In this document: in pieces, positions 36,053 to 44,725 of the stretch | How the letters are laid out: each line of letters opens with the position of its first letter | Numbering within the stretch: position 1 is the first letter of the stretch | NCBI GenBank assembly: GCA_045541395.1 | Contig: JAZQIZ010000001.1 | Location: 21,233 to 85,232, forward strand | DNA: 64,000 nt | DNA from: Eubacteriales bacterium | GTDB lineage: Bacteria; Bacillota; Clostridia; Oscillospirales; UMGS1783 | Reading direction: 5' to 3' | The notes under the pieces: model-generated | Database searches by the model: none | What the model was told of the DNA's origin: nothing | What the model saw: the letters and a program-made list of their open reading frames with translations, nothing else | Made by a program: the position numbers and the translations under genes

Positions 36053-36083
36053 TAAATTAGTCAAGTGAAAGTTGACTAATTTA
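36053..36083. promoter_or_regulatory. 12-bp-arm inverted repeat in the serC/chrA divergent region
   Basis: taaattagtcaa, 7-nt spacer (gtgaaag), ttgactaattta. The right arm supplies TTGACT for a TTGACT-17-TATATT promoter facing chrA. Confidence 0.45.
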
Positions 36084-36134
36084 GGATAATATCGTATATT
36101 ATTATATAGACTTAAATGTTAGTGAGGCTTTTTT

Positions 36135-36701
36135 ATGAAAAAACAGTCAAAATGGAAGGATTATTTAAGCTTGTTTTTAACCTTTATGAAAATAGGCGCC
36201 TTTACATTCGGCGGTGGCTATGCTATGATCTCCGTTATTCAGCGGGAAACTGTTGAAAACCATGGTTGGATAACCGATGACGATATTTTAGATATTATTG
36301 CTATAGCTGAATCCACTCCCGGTCCTATAGCCATAAACTCGGCAACATTCGTTGGATTTCAGGTAGCGGGTTTTTGGGGATCCTTTTTTGCTACCTTAGG
36401 AATGGTAATTCCGTCATTCGTAATAATTTCTGTGATTGCTTTATTTCTTAATCAATTCCAGGATTCTAAAATAGTTAAATATGCATTCAATGGTATTCGC
36501 GCCGGGGTACTTGCTTTAATATTAAAGGCCTTTCTGAACCTGTTAAAAAAGCAGACGAAGGAAGCCTTCGGGTATATAATAATGGCTTTGGCTTTTATAA
36601 GTGTTGTTGTATTTAAGGTCAATACAATTATTGTACTTATTTGTGCGGCTGTTGTAGGTATTGCCTGCTATTACATAGCCTTAAGGAGGAAAGAAAAATG
36701 A
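36135..36701 (+). CDS. chrA: Chromate transporter (ChrA family), half-size subunit 1
   Basis: FGGGYAMISVIQRE...ESTPGPIAINSATFVG. Confidence 0.8.
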   Translation: MKKQSKWKDYLSLFLTFMKIGAFTFGGGYAMISVIQRETVENHGWITDDDILDIIAIAESTPGPIAINSATFVGFQVAGFWGSFFATLGMVIPSFVIISVIALFLNQFQDSKIVKYAFNGIRAGVLALILKAFLNLLKKQTKEAFGYIIMALAFISVVVFKVNTIIVLICAAVVGIACYYIALRRKEK

Positions 36702-37270
36702 ATCTTTTCGAGCTTTTTTATACCTTCTTTAAAATAGGCCTTTTTACCTTTGGCGGCGGTTATGCTATGATACCGCTTATTACCGAACAGGTCACAGCTC
36801 ACGGTTGGATGGATATGGAGCAGCTGATAAATTTCATAGCTGTTTCTGAATCTACTCCCGGCCCTTTCGCACTCAATATCGCGACCTTTATCGGTACAGA
36901 GACCCAGGGTGTTTTAGGCGCATTATGTGCAACCCTTGGTGTTGCTTTGCCTTCCTTTATCATTATTCTTATAGTTGCAAAGTTTTACCTTGCATTTAAA
37001 AAATCAAAACCTATACAGGGAGCTATGTCGGGCCTTCGACCTGCGGCACTTGGAATGATAGCTTCTGCAGTCATCTCGGTTGGTGCTACTGTCTTTTTTC
37101 CTGAAGGTATAAGCTTAGGCGTGATAACAAGCTATTCATTTATTGTAAGTGCAGTTATTTTTGCACTAATGGCTTTCCTTGGATTGAAGAAAAAGATACA
37201 TCCTATTTTGCTCATTGGAATTTCCGCAGTTTTAGGCATCGTCAGCGGTTATTTAAGTGAAGTAATTTAA
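36698..37270 (+). CDS. chrA: Chromate transporter (ChrA family), half-size subunit 2
   Basis: FGGGYAMIPLITEQ...ESTPGPFALNIATFIG. The ATG at 36698 follows GGAGGA and overlaps the upstream stop (ATGA). Confidence 0.8.
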   Translation: MNLFELFYTFFKIGLFTFGGGYAMIPLITEQVTAHGWMDMEQLINFIAVSESTPGPFALNIATFIGTETQGVLGALCATLGVALPSFIIILIVAKFYLAFKKSKPIQGAMSGLRPAALGMIASAVISVGATVFFPEGISLGVITSYSFIVSAVIFALMAFLGLKKKIHPILLIGISAVLGIVSGYLSEVI

Positions 37271-37299
37271 AAAAAGCACTCCCTGCGGAGTGCTTTTTT
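37271..37299. terminator. Bidirectional terminator (chrA / spoIIE)
   Basis: agcactcc pairs with ggagtgct, flanked by A6 and T6. Confidence 0.85.
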
Positions 37300-39565
37300 A
37301 TGCGCTTTTCTTTAAATTGATCTTGGCTATAGCCACCGTCATATCATCATCGGCTTTCCCGTCAACCGTAGCATTTTCCATGATCCTCTCACATAAAGTA
37401 ATTGGGTTTTCGTTTGCATTTTCCTTGCAAAGATCAAGTATCTTTTTGGTTACGTCTACACCGTCACTAAGCATTATTATAATATCTCCGTCTCTCAGTT
37501 TGCAGTTTCTGTGTTCAGCTTTGCTGTCGCCAATAATTCCGGCAGGAAGGGATGCACAGAAAATTTCATAAGCCCTTCCTTTTCTTAGAATTAACGTGGG
37601 GGCTGCACCGAATTTATAAAAATCAGCCCGTCCGTTAAATAAATTAATACTTGCCATATCCAGCGTGGAAAAGGATTGGCCGTCGCCGCCCAAAAGCAAA
37701 GTAGAATTAACCAACGCACATGCCTTTTCTTCGCCAAATCCGTTTTGCAGTAAATTTTTTAGTATATTTAGTGTAAGGCTACTTAGCTTGTCAGCTTCAT
37801 TTCCGCTTCCCATACCGTCTGATAAGGCTAATATCTGATGATAGCTTTTTGATTTGAAGGTCGCAAAGCTGTCTCCGCATACCTTTTCACCATCCTTGTT
37901 TCTATTGGTCTGAGCAACCGTAAGGCTGTATTTCTCTTGCTGAATAAATTTCATTGAATAGAGGTTATCCTGATTAATGCATCCGTCACAAATAATGCTT
38001 CGGTCAAGTAACTTTGAAATATCCGTTGCGATACGGTGTTCAAAAATCTTTTTCTCAGACATAAAACTTATTTCAATATGCAGGGCATTTCTTTTATCAT
38101 AATAAACCGTAATATTTCTGTTGGGTATACCTAATGTGTCAAAGTATTCTCCAATGATCCTTTCGGAATTTTCATCAAATTTAGAAATTGCTGCGATTTC
38201 TTTACATATTTCATCTATAAACGATCCGATACTTTCATATTGAGCAGCCAATATTTTTCTGTTGTTTTCAACTGTGCCCATTTTTATAAGTTCATTTTTT
38301 CGTTCAATGCTTAGGGATTTAAAAGCCATTATAAGCTTATCTTTTTTTATGCAGTTAAAATAGTCCGGCATATCGGAATCCTTGTAATCAGCCGTTTTTT
38401 TAATTATATTTGCCGCTTTGTTAAAAACGTCTCTGGTAAAGGAGAAATTCTCCCCCCAACAGGAGGGACTGTTTTTGCAGGTTTTACAAAAATTGTCTTC
38501 AGTTTCCCGTACTTTAGCGTAAATATTCATAGCAGTTACCTCTTTAGGAAGCAGAGCATTTGAAATATCTTTGATCGATGCGGCAGAGTCGGTCAATTTA
38601 TCGATAATCATTTGCCGTATTTTACTTTCTTTGTTTTCTTGAGAAATAAATTTTTTCTGCAAAAGATCGGTCAATCTATTGGGGAGCAGAACGTATATTC
38701 CGCTTCCTACAGAAACTTCGGTTATTGCCCTTAAAGTGCCGATTTCATTGCTGAAATATAATGCAACCAAAGAGAAAATTCCCAAATATAAAATTCCTCT
38801 CAGATATTTTTTATCTTTGGGTATTAAGCTCAGCAGGATCGCACTCAAGCCGTAGCACGGAATAAGATAAGCGCTTTCCGGTGATCCGACAGTACAAGCT
38901 GCAGAAAAAGTCAAAGATGCTCCCAGTGCAAGAAATCCGTTTCGGTGTAGGGAAAACAGCAAAATCAAAGCAACCGAGATCACTTTACCTATGCTTAGAC
39001 CAACAATTGTAATGTTAGTAAAAGCAGTAAGCAGTGTTGCAAAAAACAAAAGCAGGTTTACAGTATCCTTCTCATCAGCGCCGTATAATCTTGACGGACT
39101 GAATATTATTTTTAAGGATCTGTCTGCAACCGCAGCAAATAGAAAACCTGCAATTACTCCGAATATACCGGTAATAAGGTCAAAATTCAGCATACCGTAT
39201 TGAATATAAAGGGTAGCATATAAAAATAGCAGCGAAATAAGTGCAGATATTGAGGGCGCAAGTACGAGTCTTTTCGAGGGCAGAAAATAATTAACGATCA
39301 TTTTCAGAGGTACAGTAAAAATCACTGCTCCTATATAAACGGGACTTGCGTTGGAAAATATATAAGCGCATATAACCCCTAAGTATACTGAAACAGTGAC
39401 CCACTTTGATTTTCTGTTGTTACAGCATATCCCTATTCCAAAGGGAGCGACCGAATAAGGTAGGGTAGCAAAAACACAAAGTATAGCCCCGGTCAGGGCA
39501 AATATAGCCTGTCCGATATTCTTTGCAAAGTCTTTTTTTAAAATTTGTTTGTTCAGCTCTTCCAT
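37298..39565 (-). CDS. spoIIE: Stage II sporulation protein E (membrane PP2C phosphatase)
   Basis: 755 aa. ~10 N-terminal TM segments, a central regulatory region, and a C-terminal PP2C domain (CGDS...SDGMGSG...SDGV...DDMT). Confidence 0.9.
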   Translation of the reverse strand: MEELNKQILKKDFAKNIGQAIFALTGAILCVFATLPYSVAPFGIGICCNNRKSKWVTVSVYLGVICAYIFSNASPVYIGAVIFTVPLKMIVNYFLPSKRLVLAPSISALISLLFLYATLYIQYGMLNFDLITGIFGVIAGFLFAAVADRSLKIIFSPSRLYGADEKDTVNLLLFFATLLTAFTNITIVGLSIGKVISVALILLFSLHRNGFLALGASLTFSAACTVGSPESAYLIPCYGLSAILLSLIPKDKKYLRGILYLGIFSLVALYFSNEIGTLRAITEVSVGSGIYVLLPNRLTDLLQKKFISQENKESKIRQMIIDKLTDSAASIKDISNALLPKEVTAMNIYAKVRETEDNFCKTCKNSPSCWGENFSFTRDVFNKAANIIKKTADYKDSDMPDYFNCIKKDKLIMAFKSLSIERKNELIKMGTVENNRKILAAQYESIGSFIDEICKEIAAISKFDENSERIIGEYFDTLGIPNRNITVYYDKRNALHIEISFMSEKKIFEHRIATDISKLLDRSIICDGCINQDNLYSMKFIQQEKYSLTVAQTNRNKDGEKVCGDSFATFKSKSYHQILALSDGMGSGNEADKLSSLTLNILKNLLQNGFGEEKACALVNSTLLLGGDGQSFSTLDMASINLFNGRADFYKFGAAPTLILRKGRAYEIFCASLPAGIIGDSKAEHRNCKLRDGDIIIMLSDGVDVTKKILDLCKENANENPITLCERIMENATVDGKADDDMTVAIAKINLKKSA

Positions 39566-39586
39566 TTTTACACCTCTTTGTGTATA

Positions 39587-39619
39587 ATTATATCAAGAAA
39601 ACACGTGCTATTTTGTCAA
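39587..39619 (-). promoter_or_regulatory. spoIIE promoter with a 21-nt spacer
   Basis: Minus strand: TTGACA (39614-39619), 21-nt spacer, TATAAT (39587-39592). The plus-strand TGTCAAA (39614-39620) matches 6/7 of the Spo0A box TGTCGAA. Confidence 0.6.
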
Positions 39620-39658
39620 ACCGTGTACGCGAAAATGTTTAAAAAAATAAATTTTTTA

Positions 39659-39687
39659 TTGACAATAGCCTTGTTAACTGTTATAAT
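39659..39687 (+). promoter_or_regulatory. infC-rpmI-rplT promoter
   Basis: TTGACA, 17-nt spacer, TATAAT. Confidence 0.75.
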
Positions 39688-39693
39688 ATTAGA

Positions 39694-39835
39694 GCACAAA
39701 GAAGCAGAGCGTTTGATTCCCGTTCTCACCGTGCGGCAAAAGGTCGGTACGGTCAATAGTCTACAGTGTAAAGCTGTGTTGTAATGCGGGGATTTTTGTG
39801 TCTTCGCCTTTTTTGTTGCAAAAATTTTTGGAGGT
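39694..39835 (+). promoter_or_regulatory. L20-leader-like attenuator upstream of infC
   Basis: ~140-nt structured leader ending in the hairpin gcgggga/tcttcgc (39786-39807) followed by cttttttg. The position and architecture match the Firmicute L20 autoregulatory leader. Not verified by a covariance model. Confidence 0.55.
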
Positions 39836-39843
39836 GTGTCCCA

Positions 39844-40362
39844 ATAAAAGCAAAAGAGCTGCTTATTAACGAAGAAATCCATGATAAAGAGGTACGAGTT
39901 ATTGATGCGGACGGCAGTCAGTTAGGTATTCTTTCTCCTAAAGATGCCCTTGCAAAGGCAAGCGCACAGGGGCTCGATCTTGTACGTATTGCTCCTCAGG
40001 CGGTTCCTCCCGTTTGCCGTATAATGGATTACGGCAAGTACTGCTTCGAACAGCAGAAGAAGGAAAAGGAACAGCGTAAGAACCAGAAAACTTTTGATGT
40101 AAAAGAGGTTCAGCTGTCCTGCAAAATTGAGGAAAATGATATTAAAACTAAAGCAAATAATGCAAAACGTTTCCTGAAAAACGGAGACAAGGTAAAAGTA
40201 GTAGTTCGTTTCCGCGGCAGAGAAATGGCTCATACCGAGATCGGTTATCAGTTGCTTGAAAGATTTGCAAGCCTCATTACCGAAGAAGGTATTGTTGAAA
40301 AGCCTGCAAAACTTGAAGGCAGAAACATGGTTATGTTTATGGCAGCAAAACCCGCAAAATAA
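39844..40362 (+). CDS. infC: Translation initiation factor IF-3 (probable AUA start)
   Basis: IKAKELLINEEIHDKEVRVIDADGSQLGI...PPVCRIMDYGKY... GGAGG (39830-39834) lies 9 nt before ATA 39844. The N-terminal length then matches Bacillus IF-3. The track start at 39784 lies inside the leader terminator. Confidence 0.85.
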   Translation: MKAKELLINEEIHDKEVRVIDADGSQLGILSPKDALAKASAQGLDLVRIAPQAVPPVCRIMDYGKYCFEQQKKEKEQRKNQKTFDVKEVQLSCKIEENDIKTKANNAKRFLKNGDKVKVVVRFRGREMAHTEIGYQLLERFASLITEEGIVEKPAKLEGRNMVMFMAAKPAK

Positions 40363-40416
40363 GGGAACACTAAAAATAAAAAATAAAATTTTTTCCATAG
40401 AGAGGAGATTAACAAA

Positions 40417-40614
40417 ATGCCTAAGCTTAAAACACATAGCGGTGCAAAGAAGAGATTCAATCTTACCAAAAACGGAAAGATCAAAAGAGCACATGCTTAC
40501 AAATCTCACATCCTGAACAAGAAGACCACCAAGCGTAAGAGAGGTCTGCGTAAGGCAGCTTATGCAGATAAGACCAATTGCTTTGCAATCAAGCAGCTGA
40601 TTCCTTATAAATAA
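40417..40614 (+). CDS. rpmI: 50S ribosomal protein L35
   Basis: [14 protein letters not shown]... Confidence 0.95.
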   Translation: MPKLKTHSGAKKRFNLTKNGKIKRAHAYKSHILNKKTTKRKRGLRKAAYADKTNCFAIKQLIPYK

Positions 40615-40651
40615 TCAGTAAGAAAATAGAAATTAACGGAGGATTATATAT

Positions 40652-41017
40652 ATGGCAAGAGTAAAAGGCGCTATGGCTACCCGTAAGCGCAGAAAGAAGA
40701 TAATGAAAGCCGCTAAGGGCTTTTACGGTGCTAAGAGCAAACAGTTCAGAACTGCCAATATGGCTGTTATGAGAGCAAATGCAAATGCATACATCGGCAG
40801 AAAGCATAAGAAGAGAGATTTCAGAAGACTCTGGATCACCCGTATCAGTGCTGCTGCAAAAATGTGCGGCATGAACTATTCTCAGTTAATGCACGGTCTT
40901 AAGTTAGCTAACGTTGACCTTAACCGTAAGATGCTTTCTGAAATTGCTATTGCAGATATGGAAAGCTTCAAGGCTTTAGCTGAAACCGCTAAGAAGGCAA
41001 TTGCTGAAGCTAAGTAA
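40652..41017 (+). CDS. rplT: 50S ribosomal protein L20
   Basis: [29 protein letters not shown]... Confidence 0.95.
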   Translation: MARVKGAMATRKRRKKIMKAAKGFYGAKSKQFRTANMAVMRANANAYIGRKHKKRDFRRLWITRISAAAKMCGMNYSQLMHGLKLANVDLNRKMLSEIAIADMESFKALAETAKKAIAEAK

Positions 41018-41073
41018 TTTAGTTTAAAATAAAAGTGCTTAACTTAAGTTGACCACTTTTTGTTATATAAAAG

Positions 41074-41106
41074 AAAGCAGACAAGAAATTTTTCCTGTCT
41101 GCTTTT
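41074..41106. terminator. Bidirectional terminator
   Basis: aaagcagaca pairs with tgtctgcttt. Confidence 0.7.
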
Positions 41107-41109
41107 AAG

Positions 41110-43302
41110 TTATTTTTCGGTTATCCAAAGAATATCGCTGCCCATATCACCCTTAATTGTCATATCAAAGCCTTCTTCCATAAGGACTTTGCCATTAACG
41201 GTTACGGGTTCAAATCTGCTGTCTTCAGAGGTAAGAATATAATCTCTATCCTCATAAAGACCTCTCAGCTTAATATTTTTGGTTTCGCCTTCGTTGTTAG
41301 TTGGTTTATACACAAACAGGCAGCCCTTAATTTCATTTTCGCTGTCCTTGTCTGCATACTGAATTCCGTCCCAGTTAATTCCGTCGGGGCGGGGAAGTAC
41401 GTGATAAAGATCGGCCTCTCTTACAAGGGGCTTAATTTTTTCGTTATACATAGTGCAGTATCTTGCGTATACGTCTCTGTCAATATCAACGGTCCAGCTG
41501 CTCAGCATAACAGCACCCATCATAATACTTCTCATACCGAAATCAGTGTCGCCTGTGCCGGTTCTGTAAATTGAGCCGTCTTTAAAAGTATCAATATTGC
41601 AGGGGCTCTGAAGCTGTGCGGCCGGAATACAGTAGGAGGAATCATAGAAAGTCATTCTAAGGCTGGTATAGTCAGCAGAGTCATCATTGTTTATAACAGA
41701 TGCTCTTGTAAGAGTTGCAAAGTCCTTCATTGCACCACCGGAACAGCAGCTTTCATAACGGAAACCGGGTACTGTTTCAATTAAGTGGTCTACAAGATCG
41801 TAAAATCCTGTAGCACACCAATATGTAACGTCATAACCGTTTGCATAGTGTCGGTTTGCTCTGTCGGAATAAATTGAAATAGGCTCAAAGTCACTTCTCC
41901 AGGTGGTTGCGCCACTGGATACAAAGAATTCCTTAAGCTCACTCTTTAAAAATTCAACACACTCTTCATTGCCAAGGTCGGCAGATTTGCCGGTGGTTAT
42001 CTGGGTAGGTCCAAACCATTCCTTTTTGCCGTGCCCTTCGTGACTTGTCAGGCCAAAGTCAATATCCTCGTAACTGTCGTGCAAAAGTACGTAAATTGCA
42101 AGAGTAAGGCCTTTTTCCTTGGCAAGGTCGGTAAAGTCTTTTATGGTTTCGCATCTGTAACTGCGTAAAACGTTCAGATATGCAGGCTCTCTTACTTCCC
42201 ATGCCCCCTCTAAGGTCTTCCATGTCCAGGTAATTGTTGGATCGGTAGGATCCTTTGCTTTTTCTGAGGACCACCAACCGTAATCCCACTTAATGGATTG
42301 CAACCCAAGTTCGGCAGCGTCAAGGCCTATTTGCATATCCATCTGAGTAAGGGGCTCCATTTCATTCTCTCTCATACTTTCGGGAGACTTGTAATTAAAG
42401 AACCATCTTTTAAATACATTACCGCCTTCGTCAACGTCTCCATCGTAAACGCCAAAATATGCAGTTGGGATAACAAAAGTGTCACCTTCGGGAATTTTAG
42501 TAGCAAAGGAGCCGTGTTCAGTAATATTTATGGCAAGCTCAACCTCGTTGTTGCCCTTGCCGTATGCTTCAATTTTAGCATCGGGCCATTCAAGGGCTGC
42601 GTAAACACCGCAGTTGGAGTTACTGTCAAGATACATCATAGGAATGTAGCCGTTGGTGTTCCATCCGTTTCCGGGGTTAGTATTTATTCTTACGTTGGTT
42701 TTCTCTTTAAGAACAGTTTTGTATATACCGGTGCCTTCGTAGTGTGTTCCGTTATATAATGTTGCGCCTTCAGCACATCCGCTTTCCTTTTTGAATGTCC
42801 AGGCGGTTGTTTCTTCCGGCATAGAAAGGTACGTGTTAAATAAATTAAGGCTTGTATAGCTTATGTCTTTACCGCTCAAATTCAAAAGTTTACCGGAAAT
42901 CTGAAAAGGCCCGTCACTTTCAGGTGTGTATTCGCATAAAAGATTATATTCAAAGCCCGCATCATCGTTAAAGATTAAAGTAAGCAGATTATCCTCTTCT
43001 ATTGCTTCTTTATATACCCAGTTAAATGACTGCGAAGCTTCTTCTATCTTGTAGCTGTACGGTAAAAACATCTGAGATGCCTCGGCAAACATATTCTTTT
43101 CGCCGGTAATCGTGCCAAGGTAGGTGAGGTAAGGAATATTATCCTTTAATGAAATTTCAAGAATGCTTCCACCGTTTACAAGGGCCCACTTCTCATCAGC
43201 GCGGAATTTTACTTTCTCGCTTTTTTTAATGGGACTCTCTGCGCAGGACACTAATGAAAATAATGTAATTAAAACGAGTAAAATACAAACAAACCTTTTC
43301 AT
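41110..43302 (-). CDS. Lipoprotein glycoside hydrolase, GH36-like (alpha-galactosidase superfamily)
   Basis: Lipobox LFSLVSC. IKWDYGWW resembles the KWD nucleophile block of GH36, and ESCCSGGAMKD resembles its CSGGGxRxD acid/base block. Assignment by eye only. Confidence 0.5.
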   Translation of the reverse strand: MKRFVCILLVLITLFSLVSCAESPIKKSEKVKFRADEKWALVNGGSILEISLKDNIPYLTYLGTITGEKNMFAEASQMFLPYSYKIEEASQSFNWVYKEAIEEDNLLTLIFNDDAGFEYNLLCEYTPESDGPFQISGKLLNLSGKDISYTSLNLFNTYLSMPEETTAWTFKKESGCAEGATLYNGTHYEGTGIYKTVLKEKTNVRINTNPGNGWNTNGYIPMMYLDSNSNCGVYAALEWPDAKIEAYGKGNNEVELAINITEHGSFATKIPEGDTFVIPTAYFGVYDGDVDEGGNVFKRWFFNYKSPESMRENEMEPLTQMDMQIGLDAAELGLQSIKWDYGWWSSEKAKDPTDPTITWTWKTLEGAWEVREPAYLNVLRSYRCETIKDFTDLAKEKGLTLAIYVLLHDSYEDIDFGLTSHEGHGKKEWFGPTQITTGKSADLGNEECVEFLKSELKEFFVSSGATTWRSDFEPISIYSDRANRHYANGYDVTYWCATGFYDLVDHLIETVPGFRYESCCSGGAMKDFATLTRASVINNDDSADYTSLRMTFYDSSYCIPAAQLQSPCNIDTFKDGSIYRTGTGDTDFGMRSIMMGAVMLSSWTVDIDRDVYARYCTMYNEKIKPLVREADLYHVLPRPDGINWDGIQYADKDSENEIKGCLFVYKPTNNEGETKNIKLRGLYEDRDYILTSEDSRFEPVTVNGKVLMEEGFDMTIKGDMGSDILWITEK

Positions 43303-43314
43303 TTTATTCTCCTT

Positions 43315-43725
43315 CTATGTTTTTGTAATGAATTTACTGTTGCAGTTGGGGCAGGTAAACTGTATTTTTCCTTTCCCCCTGGGAAGTCTGATATAGGTTT
43401 TGCAACCTTTGCACTTAACATATTTAACCGTCTTTCGGTTTAACCACATATTCTTATAAAGTCTGATCCGCTTTAAAAGCCTATCTTTGATCTTTGCGTA
43501 AATACATAGCTCCTTGTAACGGGCGTTTGTGTTTTTGGAAAAACATCTGAAAAGATTCCAGGTAAGAAGCGCTATTACAAAAGGGTACAAATACCATAAA
43601 AAATAAGCCCCGATCATCAGTACAAATGCAAGGATCAAAATGAATCTTGAAAGGGCGTCAGACCCGTATCGACCATACATAAATTTTTGAAATTTACGAA
43701 GTAAAAGGTTAAAGAAATTTTTCAT
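43315..43725 (-). CDS. Membrane protein with C-terminal zinc ribbon
   Basis: Two TM segments followed by CKGCKTYIRLPRGKGKIQFTCPNC. Confidence 0.5.
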   Translation of the reverse strand: MKNFFNLLLRKFQKFMYGRYGSDALSRFILILAFVLMIGAYFLWYLYPFVIALLTWNLFRCFSKNTNARYKELCIYAKIKDRLLKRIRLYKNMWLNRKTVKYVKCKGCKTYIRLPRGKGKIQFTCPNCNSKFITKT

Positions 43726-43737
43726 ATAATTACCTGC

Positions 43738-43764
43738 AAAAAAAGGCAGTGAAATCTGCCTTTA
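43738..43764 (-). terminator. Terminator after the AraC gene
   Basis: aaaggcag pairs with ctgccttt. The minus strand is followed by T7. Confidence 0.65.
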
Positions 43765-44580
43765 TTTTTTCTTGATTGTTTGAATGTACTGTTTAGGGGA
43801 TTTACCTACTTCTTTAGAAAAAACTCTGGAGAAATACAGGGGGTCGTTATAGCCGATAAACGTTGCTATATTGCTTACTGTAGTAAGACCTTCATCCATA
43901 AGCTCGCAGGCTTTCTGGATTCTGACGAAAGTAAGATATTCTGAGAAGGATCTTCCGAATTTCTCTTTAAAGCAACGGGAAACGTAATGGAAATTGTAAT
44001 CAAATCTCTTGCTTACGCTTTGTAATGACAGATTAGTGTCATTGTAATGAGTATCTACGTAATTTCTTATTGCATCCATGCTTGTTGCAACGTATTTTTG
44101 CGATTCATTTTTAGGCTGGCCCAGATTTGCCATAGTAAGGAGGATAAGAGATTCAGCCAGTAATTCGGCATTGTTGCCGTCCTGCATCTGATGGCACTGA
44201 TTCCAAATACCAATAAGCTCATCCTTCCCGGATATAACAGGGAAGTCCGGATCAATACCCGCCTTACCTAAAAGCTTAGTCCCTCTTCCTCCAAAGAAGG
44301 TTATGTAAATATACTGGAAATCTTCCATATTTGAAAGATAAAAAGATTTTGTTGGGAATGTAAAAAAGACGTCACCTTTCTTAATATGAAAACTGTTCTG
44401 AATCATATTAAGAGTTGCGCTGCCTGAAGTAACAACATAAAGACCAAAAGCCGAAAGTATTTTATATTCTGTACTTTCGGTAGGGCTGACTTCATTTATG
44501 AAGTTAATAATATTTAGTTTGTCGCCGGATTCGGACATCAAAGGCAATCCGCCTGTGAGTCCTAATCTGAATTCAGCCAT
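43762..44580 (-). CDS. AraC-family transcriptional regulator (cupin sensor plus HTH_18)
   Basis: The C-terminal double HTH ends in FIGYNDPLYFSRVFSKEVGKSPKQY. The ATG at 44580 has AAGGA 9 nt upstream; the TTG at 44622 has none. Confidence 0.85.
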   Translation of the reverse strand: MAEFRLGLTGGLPLMSESGDKLNIINFINEVSPTESTEYKILSAFGLYVVTSGSATLNMIQNSFHIKKGDVFFTFPTKSFYLSNMEDFQYIYITFFGGRGTKLLGKAGIDPDFPVISGKDELIGIWNQCHQMQDGNNAELLAESLILLTMANLGQPKNESQKYVATSMDAIRNYVDTHYNDTNLSLQSVSKRFDYNFHYVSRCFKEKFGRSFSEYLTFVRIQKACELMDEGLTTVSNIATFIGYNDPLYFSRVFSKEVGKSPKQYIQTIKKK

Positions 44581-44663
44581 TGGGCAACATCCTTTCTTGT
44601 AATTTATTATATAACAAACCAATACGGTTTTTCAACAGAAAAAGTAATTTATTTTATAAAATA

Positions 44664-44692
44664 TTGCAAAAATTTTTACATTGTCTTATAAT
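44664..44692 (+). promoter_or_regulatory. Promoter of the pseudouridine synthase gene
   Basis: TTGCAA, 17-nt spacer, TATAAT. It places the track start at 44681 upstream of the transcript start. Confidence 0.65.
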
Positions 44693-44725
44693 ATTGCTTG
44701 TAATCGCCAAAAAGTGAGGATTGAA

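Noticed and set aside
36641-36697. Extended start of the second chrA half-gene
   Set aside because: The extension overlaps the first chrA in another frame. GGAGGA plus the ATG at 36698, with its ATGA stop/start overlap, is the typical arrangement.
39784-39843. N-terminal extension of infC from the ATG at 39784
   Set aside because: That ATG lies within the leader terminator hairpin. The extension (MRGFLCLRLFCCKNFWRCVP) is not IF-3-like. The SD is positioned for ATA 39844.
39922-40509. 195-aa ORF antisense to infC/rpmI, plus other antisense ORFs (for example 2123..2500, 47240..47779, 11399..11971, 21983..22567)
   Set aside because: Each is fully embedded in a strongly supported gene on the opposite strand and has no motifs or SD.
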